A stretch of DNA of 64,000 bases, taken from NCBI GenBank assembly GCA_947455145.1, contig CANGME010000011.1, positions 60,182-124,181 of the forward strand, written 5' to 3'. The notes beneath the pieces are model-generated. The model ran no database searches and was not told the DNA's origin. It saw nothing but the letters and a program-made list of their open reading frames with translations. Made by a program: the position numbers and the translations under genes. Of this stretch, positions 1-12,033 are shown in pieces. Numbering within the stretch: the first letter of the stretch is position 1; each line of letters begins with the position of its first letter. The DNA comes from Comamonadaceae bacterium. Lineage in GTDB: Bacteria; Pseudomonadota; Gammaproteobacteria; Burkholderiales; Burkholderiaceae_C.

Positions 1-392
1 CGGTTGCCGACCGTGAGTTTGATCTCAATGCCTTCGTGTTCACGCCGGAATTCGGCCAGCATGCGCGGCACAAAATACTTGGCCGTGCTGACCATGCCAA
101 TGTTCAGGATGCCGATCTCCAGTTTTTGAAGTCGGGCGGCCGCGTCCTCAGCGTCTTTGAGAGTCGCCAACATTTTCCGGGCATACACCAGCATGTACTC
201 GCCCACTGTGGAGAGCGAAACCTGACGGCCATTGCGCTCGAACAAGGCCAGACCCACATGCCCCTCCAGCTCCTTGACCTGCATGGTTACAGCGGGTGGT
301 GTGAGGTGCAAAGCCTGCGCGGCCTTGCTGAAGCTTAGGTGCTTGGCTACTTCGACGAAAACCCGAAGTTGGCGGAAGGTGGCATTTTTCAT
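1..392 (-). CDS. cbbR: LysR-family activator CbbR, N-terminal part (3' end lies outside the window)
   Basis: Absent from the ORF track because it runs off the window edge. My translation of the minus strand from the ATG (complement of 390-392) gives MKNATFRQLRVFVEVAKHLSFSKAAQALHLTPPAVTMQVKELEGHVGLALFERNGRQV..., a typical LysR wHTH N-terminus. It is divergent from cbbL, as in known cbb loci. Confidence 0.85.
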   Translation of the reverse strand, partial: MKNATFRQLRVFVEVAKHLSFSKAAQALHLTPPAVTMQVKELEGHVGLALFERNGRQVSLSTVGEYMLVYARKMLATLKDAEDAAARLQKLEIGILNIGMVSTAKYFVPRMLAEFRREHEGIEIKLTVGN

Positions 393-429
393 TAATCAAT
401 ATGTTAACTGAAAGCAAACAAAAAGTGAA

Positions 430-458
430 TTTACCTTACTTAATTGCGTGCTTATAGT
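430..458 (+). promoter_or_regulatory. Candidate sigma70 promoter of the cbb operon (-35 TTTACC, 17-nt spacer, -10 TATAGT)
   Basis: Read directly in the AT-rich 104-bp cbbR-cbbL spacer, about 39 nt upstream of the cbbL ATG. There is no experimental anchor. Confidence 0.35.
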
Positions 459-484
459 TGCTCCATCGCAACCACAAAACCTAA

Positions 485-1954
<1,470 letters not shown>

Positions 1955-1980
1955 CCCATTGACTACAGGAGAACCACACC

Positions 1981-2415
1981 ATGATGACCAATCCCACCGG
2001 CCGCTTGACGCAAGGCCAATTCAGCTTTCTGCCTGACCTGACGGACGCCGAAATCACGCTGCAAATCGAATACGGCCTGGGCAAGGGCTATGCCTGGAGC
2101 ATCGAGTACACCGACGACCCGCACCCGCGCAACACCTATTGGGAGATGTACGGCATGCCCATGTTTGATCTGAAGGACGCCGCGGGGGTTTTGATGGAGC
2201 TCAATGCCTGTCGCAAGGTCTTCCCGAATCACTACATCCGACTTATGGCCTTCGACTCGACCCGTGGCGTTGAGACGGTGGCGATGAGCTTCATCGTCAA
2301 TCGCCCCAAAAACGAGGCGGGTTTCATGCTGGAGCGCCAAGAGGTCAATGGCCGATCCATGCGCTACACCACGCGCGGATATGGCGCTAACAAGCCCGAA
2401 GGCGAGCGCGGCTAA
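1981..2415 (+). CDS. cbbS: RuBisCO small subunit (red-type)
   Basis: 144 aa, 26 nt after cbbL. Motifs FSFLPDLTD and [10 protein letters not shown] are typical of form IC/ID small subunits. Confidence 0.95.
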   Translation: MMTNPTGRLTQGQFSFLPDLTDAEITLQIEYGLGKGYAWSIEYTDDPHPRNTYWEMYGMPMFDLKDAAGVLMELNACRKVFPNHYIRLMAFDSTRGVETVAMSFIVNRPKNEAGFMLERQEVNGRSMRYTTRGYGANKPEGERG

Positions 2416-2477
2416 GCGCCCGGTCGCAACCAAGGCAAACAGTAAGTCAAGCATCACACTACGCAAAGAACTCCCCC

Positions 2478-3434
2478 ATGTACGCCATCCCAGGATCGAC
2501 CTCCGATGCGACCAGCGAAGCCCTCGTCGCTACGCCAGATGCGGCGGCGACTTCGCCCAAGCCTTCTACGGCCTGCACAGTGGGCGAAGTTTTGGCCGAG
2601 TCTCAGGTGGAGGCGGTTTTGCAAGAGCTGGATCACGACTTAGTGGGCTTGGCCCCGGTCAAGGCGCGCATCCGCGACATTGCGGCTTTGTTGGTGATTG
2701 ACAAGCTGAGACTCAACCTGGGCCTAGGGGCCCAAGCCCCCAGTTTGCACATGAGTTTCACCGGCAACCCCGGCACCGGCAAGACCACGGTGGCCATGCG
2801 CATGGCGCAAATTTTGTACCGTTTGGGCTATGTGCGCAAAGGCCACATGGTGGCCGTCACGCGGGACGATCTGGTGGGGCAGTACATCGGGCACACCGCG
2901 CCCAAAACTAAGGAAATTCTGAAAAAAGCCATGGGTGGTGTACTGTTCATTGACGAGGCCTACTACCTGTATCGCCCGGAAAACGAGCGTGATTATGGTC
3001 AGGAAGCCATCGAAATTCTGCTGCAAGTGATGGAAAACCAGCGTGACGATCTGGTGGTGATTCTTGCGGGTTACAAAGACCGCATGGACACTTTCTTCCA
3101 GTCCAACCCCGGGTTGTCTTCGCGCATTGCGCACCACCTTGACTTTCCCGATTACGCGGTGGATGAATTGATGCAGATTTCAAAAAAAATGCTAACGCAG
3201 CAGAACTACCACTGGGGTGAGGGTGCTTCTGAAGTATTTGACAATTACTTGCAGTTGCGAATAAAGCAGCCGCATTTTGCCAATGCACGCAGTGTGCGCA
3301 ATGCCCTAGACAGAGCCCGTCTGCGCCAAGCCAGCCGTTTGTTCGCTGATCGCGAGCGTGAGTTGACGGCCGAAGATTTAACGACCATCACGTCTTCCGA
3401 TATTTTGGCCAGCCGCCTATTTCAGGCCGCATGA
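2478..3434 (+). CDS. cbbX: AAA+ RuBisCO activase CbbX
   Basis: 318 aa. Walker [10 protein letters not shown], Walker B VLFIDEAY. Its position after cbbS is as in red-type operons. Confidence 0.93.
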   Translation: MYAIPGSTSDATSEALVATPDAAATSPKPSTACTVGEVLAESQVEAVLQELDHDLVGLAPVKARIRDIAALLVIDKLRLNLGLGAQAPSLHMSFTGNPGTGKTTVAMRMAQILYRLGYVRKGHMVAVTRDDLVGQYIGHTAPKTKEILKKAMGGVLFIDEAYYLYRPENERDYGQEAIEILLQVMENQRDDLVVILAGYKDRMDTFFQSNPGLSSRIAHHLDFPDYAVDELMQISKKMLTQQNYHWGEGASEVFDNYLQLRIKQPHFANARSVRNALDRARLRQASRLFADRERELTAEDLTTITSSDILASRLFQAA

Positions 3435-4192
3435 AGGTTTCTATGGAAAACGACACCCTACAAGCTTTAATCTTCGACGTGGATGGCACCCTGGCAGACA
3501 CCGAGAGCGCACACTGCGCCGCCTTCAACCAAGCTTTCGCCGAGGTCGGTAAAGTCTGGGTGTGGGACGAGGCGCTCTACACCCGTTTGCTGGAAATTTC
3601 TGGCGGCAAAGAACGCATCCTGCACTACTGGCGCGAAGTGGCGCCGGAGCTGCGCGACATAGGCGATGGCGTGCGCGATACCGTAGCCCGCATCCATGAA
3701 CTCAAGACCGCTGCCTATGAGCGCGCAGTGCAAGAAGGTGCGGTGGCCCTGCGTCCCGGCGTCTTGCGGCTTATCGAATCAGCTCACCAAGCAGGGATGC
3801 AGCTGGCAATTGCCACCACCACCTCACCCGTCAACATTGCAGCCCTGTTGCGCAAAGCCATAGGCTCGGATTGGAGTCACTACTTCATCGTTATTGAAGA
3901 CGCCTCCACCGCACCGCACAAAAAACCACATCCGCAGGTATACCTGCAAACCTTAAAGCGGTTGCGCCTGCCAGCCAGCGCGTGCCTGGCCTTCGAAGAC
4001 TCGTCCAACGGTCTGCGCGCCGCCACAGGAGCAGGTCTGGCTACCATCGTCACGCCCAACAGCTTCACCGCGCATCACGACTTTAGCGGCGCGCTGCGGG
4101 TGCTGCCTGATCTGAGTGAGGTCACGCTGGGTCACCTGCACGACTGGCACGCTGAATCCATAGCCCGTGCGAAACCCGCCATTGCCCACTGA
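3431..4192 (+). CDS. cbbY: HAD-family phosphatase CbbY (xylulose-1,5-bisphosphate phosphatase type)
   Basis: 253 aa. HAD motif I is [15 protein letters not shown] overlap with the cbbX stop. Operon position matches cbbY. Confidence 0.8.
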   Translation: MKVSMENDTLQALIFDVDGTLADTESAHCAAFNQAFAEVGKVWVWDEALYTRLLEISGGKERILHYWREVAPELRDIGDGVRDTVARIHELKTAAYERAVQEGAVALRPGVLRLIESAHQAGMQLAIATTTSPVNIAALLRKAIGSDWSHYFIVIEDASTAPHKKPHPQVYLQTLKRLRLPASACLAFEDSSNGLRAATGAGLATIVTPNSFTAHHDFSGALRVLPDLSEVTLGHLHDWHAESIARAKPAIAH

Positions 4193-4201
4193 GAGACTTC
4201 G

Positions 4202-4906
4202 ATGAGCACCACCTTGCGTATCGCACCATCCATCTTGTCCGCCGACTTTTCTCGCTTAGGCGAAGAAGTGCGCGCCATTGAGGCCGCTGGCGCGGACCTG
4301 GTGCACTTTGACGTGATGGACAACCATTACGTGCCCAACCTCACCATTGGCCCCTTGGTCTGCGAGGCGATTCGCCCGCATGTGAGCATTCCGATTGACG
4401 TGCATTTGATGGTCGAACCCGTGGACGCCTTGATCCCCTTGTTCGCCAAAGCCGGTGCCAACATCATCACTTTCCACCCCGAAGCCAGCCGCCATGTGGA
4501 TCGCACATTGCAACTGATACGCGATCATGGCTGCAAGGCAGGCATCGTGCTCAACCCGGCCACACCGCTGGCCTGTTTGGACCATGTGATGGACCGGTTG
4601 GACATCGTACTTTTAATGAGTGTGAACCCTGGTTTTGGGGGGCAGAAATTCATTCCCACCACCTTGGACAAGTTGCGCGCCACCCACGCCCGCATTGCAG
4701 CGCATACCGCCGCAGGCGGTCAACCGATCTGGCTGGAGGTTGATGGTGGTGTGAAGACCGACAACATCGCCGCCATCGTGGCCGCTGGGGCCGACACCTG
4801 CGTGGCCGGTAGTGCCGTGTTTGGTGCGCCTGATGCCGACGGCGGCTATCGCCAGGTGATGAGCGCCTTACGCCAGGCCGCCTGCCCAACTGAATCACAA
4901 ACTTGA
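4202..4906 (+). CDS. cbbE: Ribulose-phosphate 3-epimerase
   Basis: 234 aa. Rpe motifs [31 protein letters not shown]. Confidence 0.93.
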   Translation: MSTTLRIAPSILSADFSRLGEEVRAIEAAGADLVHFDVMDNHYVPNLTIGPLVCEAIRPHVSIPIDVHLMVEPVDALIPLFAKAGANIITFHPEASRHVDRTLQLIRDHGCKAGIVLNPATPLACLDHVMDRLDIVLLMSVNPGFGGQKFIPTTLDKLRATHARIAAHTAAGGQPIWLEVDGGVKTDNIAAIVAAGADTCVAGSAVFGAPDADGGYRQVMSALRQAACPTESQT

Positions 4907-4915
4907 GAGCCCGCC

Positions 4916-6022
4916 ATGCCCCTGTCTAACCGTTTCACCCTCACCCAGTATTTGATTGAAGAACGTCGGCGCTTTCCCAGCGCCAGCGGCGACTTCAATG
5001 CTCTGATTCTCGACGTAGCACTCGCCTGCAAAGCCATCGCCCGTGCCGTCGCCTTTGGTGAACTGGGCGGCATGATGGGCAACCACAATGGCGGCGAAGG
5101 TGACCAGGTCGTGGCCAGCATCAACGTCCAGGGAGAGACACAGAAAAAATTGGACGTCATCAGCAACCAGTACTTCACCCGCATGAACGAATGGGGTGGT
5201 CATCTGGCGGGCATGGCCTCTGAAGAGATGGATGATGCCTATCAAATTCCCAAGCAGTACCCCCGCGGCAAGTACCTGCTGGTGTTCGATCCGCTGGACG
5301 GCTCCAGCAACATTGACGTGAACGTGTCGGTGGGCAGCATTTTCTCCATATTGCGCGCGCCACCAGCGGTGATCGACAGTGGCCGCGACGTGACCGAGGC
5401 CGATTTTCTGCAAGCAGGCTCACAACAGATGGCTGCTGGTTACGCGCTGTACGGCCCGACCACCATGCTGATCTTATCGGTCGGCAATGGCGTGGTCGGC
5501 TTCACGTTGGATCCAAACCTGGGCGAGTTCATGCTGACTCACCCCAGTTTGCGCGTGCCGGTTGACACGCAAGAGTTTGCTATCAACGCGTCGAACAGCC
5601 GCTTTTGGGAGCCGCCCATTACCCGTTATGTGAACGAATGCATGGCCGGCAAGACCGGGCCACGCGGCAAAGACTTCAACATGCGCTGGATCGCCAGTAT
5701 GGTGGCCGAAGCGCACCGCATTTTGATGCGCGGCGGCGTCTTCATGTACCCGCGTGACAGTAAAGACCCGAGCAAGACAGGCCGATTGCGCTTGTTGTAC
5801 GAGGCCAACCCGATTGGTTTCATCATGGAGCAAGCCGGTGGCCGCGCGAGCACCGGACGCCAGCCCATGCTGGGCGTGCAACCTGCCTCCCTGCACCAAC
5901 GTATCGGCCTGGTGTTTGGTTCCAAGAACGAGGTCGAGCGCATCGAGCGTTATCACGCCGAGCCCGCGCCGCTTGAGCTGGACAACCCCTTATTCGCCGA
6001 GCGTAGCTTGTTCCGGGTCTGA
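4916..6022 (+). CDS. cbbF: Class I fructose-1,6-/sedoheptulose-1,7-bisphosphatase
   Basis: 368 aa. Class I FBPase motifs [27 protein letters not shown]. Confidence 0.92.
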   Translation: MPLSNRFTLTQYLIEERRRFPSASGDFNALILDVALACKAIARAVAFGELGGMMGNHNGGEGDQVVASINVQGETQKKLDVISNQYFTRMNEWGGHLAGMASEEMDDAYQIPKQYPRGKYLLVFDPLDGSSNIDVNVSVGSIFSILRAPPAVIDSGRDVTEADFLQAGSQQMAAGYALYGPTTMLILSVGNGVVGFTLDPNLGEFMLTHPSLRVPVDTQEFAINASNSRFWEPPITRYVNECMAGKTGPRGKDFNMRWIASMVAEAHRILMRGGVFMYPRDSKDPSKTGRLRLLYEANPIGFIMEQAGGRASTGRQPMLGVQPASLHQRIGLVFGSKNEVERIERYHAEPAPLELDNPLFAERSLFRV

Positions 6023-6051
6023 CCCCATTTTTTGTATCCAGGAGACCCTCC

Positions 6052-6936
6052 ATGTCCGAACGCCATCCCATCATCGCCATCACCGGCTCCAGCGGTGCGG
6101 GCACCACCTCGGTGACCCGAACCTTCGAGAACATCTTTCGCCGCGAGGGTGTCAACGCCGCCGTCATTGAAGGCGACAGCTTTCACCGCTACGATCGCAA
6201 AGACATGAAGGCCAGGGCGGCCGAGGCCGAGGCGGCTGGCAACATGAATTTCAGCCACTTCGGTCCTGAGAACAATATGTTTCCTGAGCTCGAAACCCTG
6301 TTCCGCGATTACGCTAAAACCGGCACCGGCAAGCGCCGAAAATACCTGCACGACCCTGAAGAAGCCGCGCCCTATCAACAAGAGCCGGGTACCTTCACCC
6401 CCTGGGAAGACGTGCCTGCGGGCACCGAGTTGCTGTTCTACGAAGGCCTGCACGGCGCTATCGTCACCCCTGAGATCAACATCGCCCAACACCCCGACCT
6501 GCTGATCGGCGTGGTACCGGTCATCAACCTAGAGTGGATTCAAAAACTCTGGCGCGACAAGTCCAAGCGCGGCTACAGCACCGAGGCCGTGACCGACACA
6601 ATTTTGCGCCGCATGCCGGACTACGTGCACTACATCTGCCCACAGTTCATGCACACCCATGTCAACTTTCAGCGCGTGCCCATGGTCGATACCTCCAACC
6701 CCTTCGTATCGCGCGACATCCCCACCGCTGACGAGAGCATGGTGGTGATCCGGTTTGCCAAGCCCAAAGGCATTGATTTTCAGTACCTGCTGAACATGAT
6801 CAACGACAGCTTCATGTCGCGCGCCAACACCATCGTGGTTCCTGGCGGCAAGATGGAGCTGGCCATGCAACTGATTTTTACCCCCTTTGTCTGGCGCATG
6901 ATGGAACGCCGTAAACGTGCGATGGGAGCGATCTGA
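6052..6936 (+). CDS. cbbP: Phosphoribulokinase
   Basis: 294 aa. P-loop [11 protein letters not shown]. Bacterial PRK architecture and cbb operon context. Confidence 0.93.
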   Translation: MSERHPIIAITGSSGAGTTSVTRTFENIFRREGVNAAVIEGDSFHRYDRKDMKARAAEAEAAGNMNFSHFGPENNMFPELETLFRDYAKTGTGKRRKYLHDPEEAAPYQQEPGTFTPWEDVPAGTELLFYEGLHGAIVTPEINIAQHPDLLIGVVPVINLEWIQKLWRDKSKRGYSTEAVTDTILRRMPDYVHYICPQFMHTHVNFQRVPMVDTSNPFVSRDIPTADESMVVIRFAKPKGIDFQYLLNMINDSFMSRANTIVVPGGKMELAMQLIFTPFVWRMMERRKRAMGAI

Positions 6937-9005
6937 TGACGGCACCTTCAAAAGAGATGGCCCGACAAATGGCCAACACGATTCGCATGTTGGCTGTGGA
7001 TGCGGTGGAGAAGGCCAAGTCCGGTCACCCCGGCGCTCCTATGGGCATGGCTGACATGGCCGAAGTGCTGTGGAACCGCCATCTCAAGCACAACCCGGTA
7101 AACCCGCATTGGGCTGACCGAGACCGCTTTGTCCTGTCAAACGGGCATGGCTCCATGCTTTTGTATGCGCTCTTGCACCTCACAGGTTACGACCTGCCCA
7201 TGGAGGAGCTTAAAAATTTCCGTCAGTTGCACAGCAAAACGCCGGGTCACCCTGAAGTGAACTTGACCCCCGGCGTGGAAACCACCACCGGCCCGCTGGG
7301 CCAGGGCTTGGCCAACGCGGTGGGCATGGCCTTGAGCGAGAAGCTGTTGGCAAGGGAGTTCAACCGTGAAGAGCACTGCATCGTGGATCATTTCACCTAC
7401 GTGTTTCTAGGTGATGGCTGCCTGATGGAGGGCATCAGCCACGAGGTTTGCTCGCTGGCGGGTACCTTGCGGCTGTCCAAGCTGGTGGCTCTGTATGACG
7501 ACAACGGTATCTCGATTGACGGTCATGTGGAAGGCTGGTTCACTGATGACACACCGCAACGCTTTTTGGCGTATGGCTGGCATGTAATCGCCAATGTGGA
7601 CGGACACGATGCAGCTGCGGTGGACGCGGCCCTGCATGCCGCGCGCGCACAGGCGGTGCTCCCCAATGGGAAACCCACCCTGATCTGCTGCAAAACAGTG
7701 ATCGGCCAGGGCTCGCCCAACAAAGCGGGAACGCATGATGTGCATGGGGCTGCACTTGGCACTGTCGAAGTGGCGGCCACGCGAGAAGCATTGGGCTGGA
7801 CGCATGGTCCGTTCGAAGTGCCCGAGGATGTTGCGCAAGCTTGGAATGCCGTTGTACGCGGTCAGGTGGCGCAAGCGCAGTGGCGTCAGCGTTTCGAGAG
7901 TTACCGCACGGACTATCCGCTTGAGGCGGCAGAGTTTGAACGCCGCATGACAGGTGATCTGATGGCCGATTACGCCACTCGTTTGCCCGCCCTGCTCAAG
8001 GGTGTCGCGGCCCGCCCCGACGCCCTTGCGACACGCAAAGCTAGCCAGAATGCACTCGACTTGCTCGCGCCGTTGCTACCGGAGTTTTTTGGCGGCTCTG
8101 CCGACCTGACCGGCTCCAATCTCACCAACTTCAAGAATTGCACCCCAGCTGGGCGCGACCAGTGGGGCAACCACCTGTCTTACGGTGTGCGTGAGTTCGG
8201 TATGGCTGCCATCATGAATGGCATGGCCTTGCATGGTGGCCACATTCCCTACGGTGGCACGTTTTTGACCTTTAGTGACTACAGCCGCAACGCCATTCGC
8301 ATGGCCGCACTCATGAAGCGACGCGTGATCCATGTGTTCACACACGACTCCATTGGGCTGGGGGAAGACGGTCCGACCCATCAAAGCGTAGAGCACGTGC
8401 CCTCGTTGCGTTTGATTCCGGGGCTTGATGTGTGGCGACCGGCCGATGGCCTGGAGACGGCGGTGGCCTGGACCTGTGCCGTAGAGCGGCATGATGGCCC
8501 TAGCGTGCTGGCCCTATCTCGTCAAAACCTGCCGCAGCTGACGGGCATCGATCAGGTGAATGACATCCGGCGCGGTGGCTATGTGCTGGCCGATATGGAG
8601 GGCGCTCAGGCGATCATCCTGGCCACGGGTTCTGAAACTGAACTCGCCATCCAGGCGCAGGCCACGCTGGCGGGGCAGGGCATCGCCACCCGTGTCGTGT
8701 CTATGCCTTGCACCAATGTGTTTGACCGACAACCTCAGCTTTACCAAGATCAGGTGTTGCCACTCACCTTACCCGCTGTAGCCATTGAAGCCGCTCACCC
8801 GGATTTTTGGCGCAAGTACGTTGGACGCACCGGCGCAGTGGTGGGGATGGCCAGCTTTGGTGAGTCGGCACCCGCCAAAGATTTGTATGCTCACTTTGGC
8901 ATCACGGCACAACGTGTTGTGGACACGGTGCGCACCCTGGTGCACCGCAATACCTATCGGGCAACAGCGCCTTTGACAGAATCAACTGTTTTACAGATGG
9001 ACTGA
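6936..9005 (+). CDS. cbbT: Transketolase
   Basis: 689 aa. Motifs [35 protein letters not shown]. 1-nt overlap with the cbbP stop. Confidence 0.95.
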   Translation: MTAPSKEMARQMANTIRMLAVDAVEKAKSGHPGAPMGMADMAEVLWNRHLKHNPVNPHWADRDRFVLSNGHGSMLLYALLHLTGYDLPMEELKNFRQLHSKTPGHPEVNLTPGVETTTGPLGQGLANAVGMALSEKLLAREFNREEHCIVDHFTYVFLGDGCLMEGISHEVCSLAGTLRLSKLVALYDDNGISIDGHVEGWFTDDTPQRFLAYGWHVIANVDGHDAAAVDAALHAARAQAVLPNGKPTLICCKTVIGQGSPNKAGTHDVHGAALGTVEVAATREALGWTHGPFEVPEDVAQAWNAVVRGQVAQAQWRQRFESYRTDYPLEAAEFERRMTGDLMADYATRLPALLKGVAARPDALATRKASQNALDLLAPLLPEFFGGSADLTGSNLTNFKNCTPAGRDQWGNHLSYGVREFGMAAIMNGMALHGGHIPYGGTFLTFSDYSRNAIRMAALMKRRVIHVFTHDSIGLGEDGPTHQSVEHVPSLRLIPGLDVWRPADGLETAVAWTCAVERHDGPSVLALSRQNLPQLTGIDQVNDIRRGGYVLADMEGAQAIILATGSETELAIQAQATLAGQGIATRVVSMPCTNVFDRQPQLYQDQVLPLTLPAVAIEAAHPDFWRKYVGRTGAVVGMASFGESAPAKDLYAHFGITAQRVVDTVRTLVHRNTYRATAPLTESTVLQMD

Positions 9006-9007
9006 AC

Positions 9008-9688
9008 ATGAACTTTGACTTGATGATTTTTGACTTGGACGGCACCTTGATCGAGACTGCTCCAGAAATATGTGACGCAGTGAATGACACACTGACGCGA
9101 TTTGACTTGCCAGAGGTAACCCAAACTCAAGTCAATGACTGGATTGGTCACGGTACCCGAGAGTTGCTGATTCAGGCCTTGGCTTTCAGCGGCAAGACTA
9201 CTGTGGACACCGTGCGTGCCAGCTCCACCTTGGCACTGATCGCTGCCGAGTTTGACAAGCATTACCAAAGTCGCTGCGGCACTCGCAGTCATCTCTATCC
9301 GCATGTGCGTGAGGTACTGACGCAGTTGCGACGTGATGGCGTGCGCTTGGCGGTGTTGACCAATAAGGAAGGGCGCTACACCCAAACCGTGCTGGATGCG
9401 CATCAACTCGCTCCGCTGTTTGACATGGTCATCAGTGGCGATAGCTTGCCCACCAAGAAGCCCGATCCGGCGGGCATCTTGAAATGCCTTGACCAGTTTC
9501 AAGTGGTTCGCCGCAGGTCGCTTTTTGTCGGGGATTCATCCATCGACGTGGCAACTGCCCGTAATGCCGATGTGTCCGTATGGGCCTTGCCCTATGGTTA
9601 CAACATGGGGCAGCCGATCGAGGCCTGCAAGCCGGACCGGGTGATTCCTGATTTTCGCTCGTTGTTGGTCACGGTGACCACTGCTTAA
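9008..9688 (+). CDS. cbbZ: Phosphoglycolate phosphatase
   Basis: 226 aa HAD enzyme with motif I FDLDGTLIETAPE. It lies 2 nt after cbbT, and its operon position matches cbbZ/gph. Confidence 0.85.
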   Translation: MNFDLMIFDLDGTLIETAPEICDAVNDTLTRFDLPEVTQTQVNDWIGHGTRELLIQALAFSGKTTVDTVRASSTLALIAAEFDKHYQSRCGTRSHLYPHVREVLTQLRRDGVRLAVLTNKEGRYTQTVLDAHQLAPLFDMVISGDSLPTKKPDPAGILKCLDQFQVVRRRSLFVGDSSIDVATARNADVSVWALPYGYNMGQPIEACKPDRVIPDFRSLLVTVTTA

Positions 9689-9780
9689 GCACTGCTTCGT
9701 TTTAATCGTGTCACAGCACTTTGATACGCGCTTCAAGTCTGCAGGTTTGCTGATATTTTTTTCAAATAGGACATCACCCA

Positions 9781-10818
9781 ATGGCTTTTGTATCTCTCAG
9801 ACAAGTACTCGACCACGCCGCCGAACACGGTTACGGCATCCCCGCCTTTAACGTCAACAACCTGGAGCAGGTGTTGGCCATCATGGAAGCTGCTCAGGAG
9901 ACGGACAGCCCGGTCATCTTGCAGGCGTCTGCCGGTGCGCGCAAGTACGCGGGGGAGGCCTATTTGCGGCATTTGATGCTGGCGGCCGTTGAGACGCACC
10001 CGGATATTCCTGTCGTGTTGCACCAGGACCACGGCACGTCAGCGGCCGTGTGCCAGCAGTCGATTCGTTCGGGCTTCACCAGCGTGATGATGGACGGCTC
10101 GTTGATGACGGATGGCAAGACGCCTGCGAGCTACGAGTACAACCTGGAGATCACCCGCCGTGTGTGCGAAATGGCGCACACGGTGGGGGTATCGGTGGAG
10201 GGTGAGCTTGGCTGTCTTGGGTCTCTTGAAACTGGTGAGGCGGGTGAGGAAGACGGTGTGGGTGCTGCGGGAAAACTCACCCACGACATGATGCTCACCG
10301 ACCCGGTTCAGGCCAAGGATTTTGTGGCCCGAACAGGTGTTGATGCCCTGGCGATTGCCATTGGCACCAGCCACGGCGCGTACAAATTCACGCGCAAGCC
10401 CACGGGCGATATTCTGGCGATTGACCGCATCGCGGCTATCCACGCCCAGATTCCCAATACCCATCTGGTCATGCACGGCTCCAGCAGCGTGCCTCAGGAG
10501 TGGCTGGCGATCATTCGCGAATTTGGTGGCGACATCAAGGAAACCTATGGCGTACCAGTCGAGGAAATCCAGCGTGGCATCCAGAACGGCGTGCGAAAGG
10601 TCAACATCGACACTGACATCCGGTTGGCCATGACCGGCGCCATGCGTCAATTGTTCGCGCAACAGCCCAGTGAATTCGATCCGCGCAAGGCGCTGACGGC
10701 GGCAAAACAGGCAGCGCACGGAATCGTCAAGGCGCGATTCGAGGCCTTTGGTTGCGCGGGCCAGGCATCAAAAATAAAACCGATTTCACTGGAGGCGATG
10801 GCCATGCGCTACGTCTGA
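9781..10818 (+). CDS. cbbA: Class II fructose-/sedoheptulose-bisphosphate aldolase
   Basis: 345 aa. Motifs [30 protein letters not shown]. Confidence 0.93.
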   Translation: MAFVSLRQVLDHAAEHGYGIPAFNVNNLEQVLAIMEAAQETDSPVILQASAGARKYAGEAYLRHLMLAAVETHPDIPVVLHQDHGTSAAVCQQSIRSGFTSVMMDGSLMTDGKTPASYEYNLEITRRVCEMAHTVGVSVEGELGCLGSLETGEAGEEDGVGAAGKLTHDMMLTDPVQAKDFVARTGVDALAIAIGTSHGAYKFTRKPTGDILAIDRIAAIHAQIPNTHLVMHGSSSVPQEWLAIIREFGGDIKETYGVPVEEIQRGIQNGVRKVNIDTDIRLAMTGAMRQLFAQQPSEFDPRKALTAAKQAAHGIVKARFEAFGCAGQASKIKPISLEAMAMRYV

Positions 10819-10864
10819 TTGCAGGGGCTCTGGTGCTAGCCATCCATGCGGGGCTGTGCAGTCG

Positions 10865-11188
10865 TCAGCCGAACTTCTCTAGCAAGCGGGTGGAGCGCTC
10901 AACCTCGCTGATGGCTTGTGCATCATCTTTGGAGTCGTACACCGCCTCCATGAGTGAGCAAGCCATCATCCGGTAGAAGGCCTTGTCCATCGCTTTGCGG
11001 GCGGCCGACATCTGCAAGGCGATGTCTTCACAGGAGCGTCCGCCCTGAATCATCTCGACCAGGCCGCGCACTTGCCCTTCAATCCGGCGCAAGCGGTTGA
11101 CCACATCTTTTTGATGGTCAGCCCGAAAGGTTGATGAGTTTGTTGGATTTTCGGCGACGGTTTTTGGGTTTTTGCTTGCCATAGACAT
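10865..11188 (-). CDS. CsoR/RcnR/FrmR-family (DUF156) transcriptional repressor, two-Cys His-less variant (CstR-like?)
   Basis: 107 aa with the family core RLRRIEGQVRGLVEMI. The only Cys residues are C53 (GRSCEDI) and C77 (RMMACSL). R73 sits where Cu(I)-CsoR has its His ligand. Confidence 0.8.
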   Translation of the reverse strand: MSMASKNPKTVAENPTNSSTFRADHQKDVVNRLRRIEGQVRGLVEMIQGGRSCEDIALQMSAARKAMDKAFYRMMACSLMEAVYDSKDDAQAISEVERSTRLLEKFG

Positions 11189-11253
11189 CGAAGTAGGTGG
11201 TTTGAAACACTGTCAGTGTGCCATTAAACAGACTAGGAATTTACTGCTTATTA

Positions 11254-11278
11254 ATACCCTACCCCGCATGGTATAGGG
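11254..11278. promoter_or_regulatory. Candidate CsoR-family operator (ATACC-N11-GGTAT around a C-tract)
   Basis: ATACCCTACCCCGCATGGTATAGGG lies in the divergent spacer between the regulator and the DUF302 gene. A further CCTATACC half-site is at 11285-11292. It resembles remembered CsoR/CstR operators. Confidence 0.35.
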
Positions 11279-11413
11279 AAAGCACCTATACCGCAGTTCA
11301 TGCGCATATGGGAATATTCAAATACTTACAGTGCTCATTTGCCTGCTGTTACCCGCATCACTCTATGCGCCGATAGAGACATTTTTTTGAACAAGGAATT
11401 GAACGTGAAAATT

Positions 11414-11977
11414 ATGACTAAATACCTGCTTTGGCTGCCCCTGTTGGGCGCTGTTTTTTTGACCGGTTGCGGCACCATCAGCACGCTAGGCAAGCTGGAG
11501 GATGGTGCTGGCACCGAGGCCAGCAAAATGTGGGACCGCTGGGTGGACAGTGGCGGCGACATCGCTGTGGCCACCACATGGGAGCGCAAGGTCAAGGATG
11601 GCGTGACCGTCAATGACATTGAGCAGGTGTTTACTCAGATTGCCGCTGAGAAGAACATGAAAGGCGTGGGCGAGTTGCCCTTGTCCCAGGAGCTGGCCGC
11701 CCGCACCGGCAAGCCGCAAAAATTTCTCAAGGTCTATTCTTTCTGCACCCCGGCCACGGCACGGATCATGGTCGATTTCAGCCCGCACATGGCGGCCTAT
11801 CTGCCCTGCCGTTTGACCGTGGTGGAGAAGGAGGACGGCCTGTGGATCTACACGCTCAATATGGACATGATGGTGAAGATGGGGCGCAAGTTACCATCGC
11901 CACTGAAGGAAGAGGCCATGAAGGTACGCGACACGATCTATGAAATGCTGGACCGTGGTGCCAAGGGGGAATTTTGA
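11414..11977 (+). CDS. DUF302-family lipoprotein
   Basis: The track ORF 11300-11977 is trimmed to the ATG at 11414. Lipoprotein signal MTKYLLWLPLLGAVFLTGC. The C-terminal part (VYSFCTPATARIMVDFSPHMAAYLPCRLTVVEKEDGLWIYTLN) matches the DUF302 pattern from memory. Confidence 0.7.
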   Translation: MTKYLLWLPLLGAVFLTGCGTISTLGKLEDGAGTEASKMWDRWVDSGGDIAVATTWERKVKDGVTVNDIEQVFTQIAAEKNMKGVGELPLSQELAARTGKPQKFLKVYSFCTPATARIMVDFSPHMAAYLPCRLTVVEKEDGLWIYTLNMDMMVKMGRKLPSPLKEEAMKVRDTIYEMLDRGAKGEF

Positions 11978-12033
11978 GTGCGGGGTGAGTTGATGGTCTT
12001 TGGAAGTTATTAAATTTATTACAGGAGTTTTTT

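Noticed and set aside
393-429. LysR T-N11-A boxes for CbbR in the cbbR-cbbL spacer
   Set aside because: Several AT-rich near-palindromes (for example TTAATCAATATGTTAA) are present. None can be singled out by eye as a CbbR site, so this is left as an unannotated possibility.
2348-2701. 117-aa ORF bridging cbbS and cbbX
   Set aside because: It is out of frame with, and overlaps, two well-supported genes. Its composition is Arg/Ala/Ser-rich and artefactual.
9689-9780. Small ORF or RNA gene in the cbbZ-cbbA spacer
   Set aside because: There is no ORF with an RBS and no convincing stem-loop or conserved RNA motif recognisable by eye. It is treated only as a spacer (see the finding on missing cbbG/cbbK).
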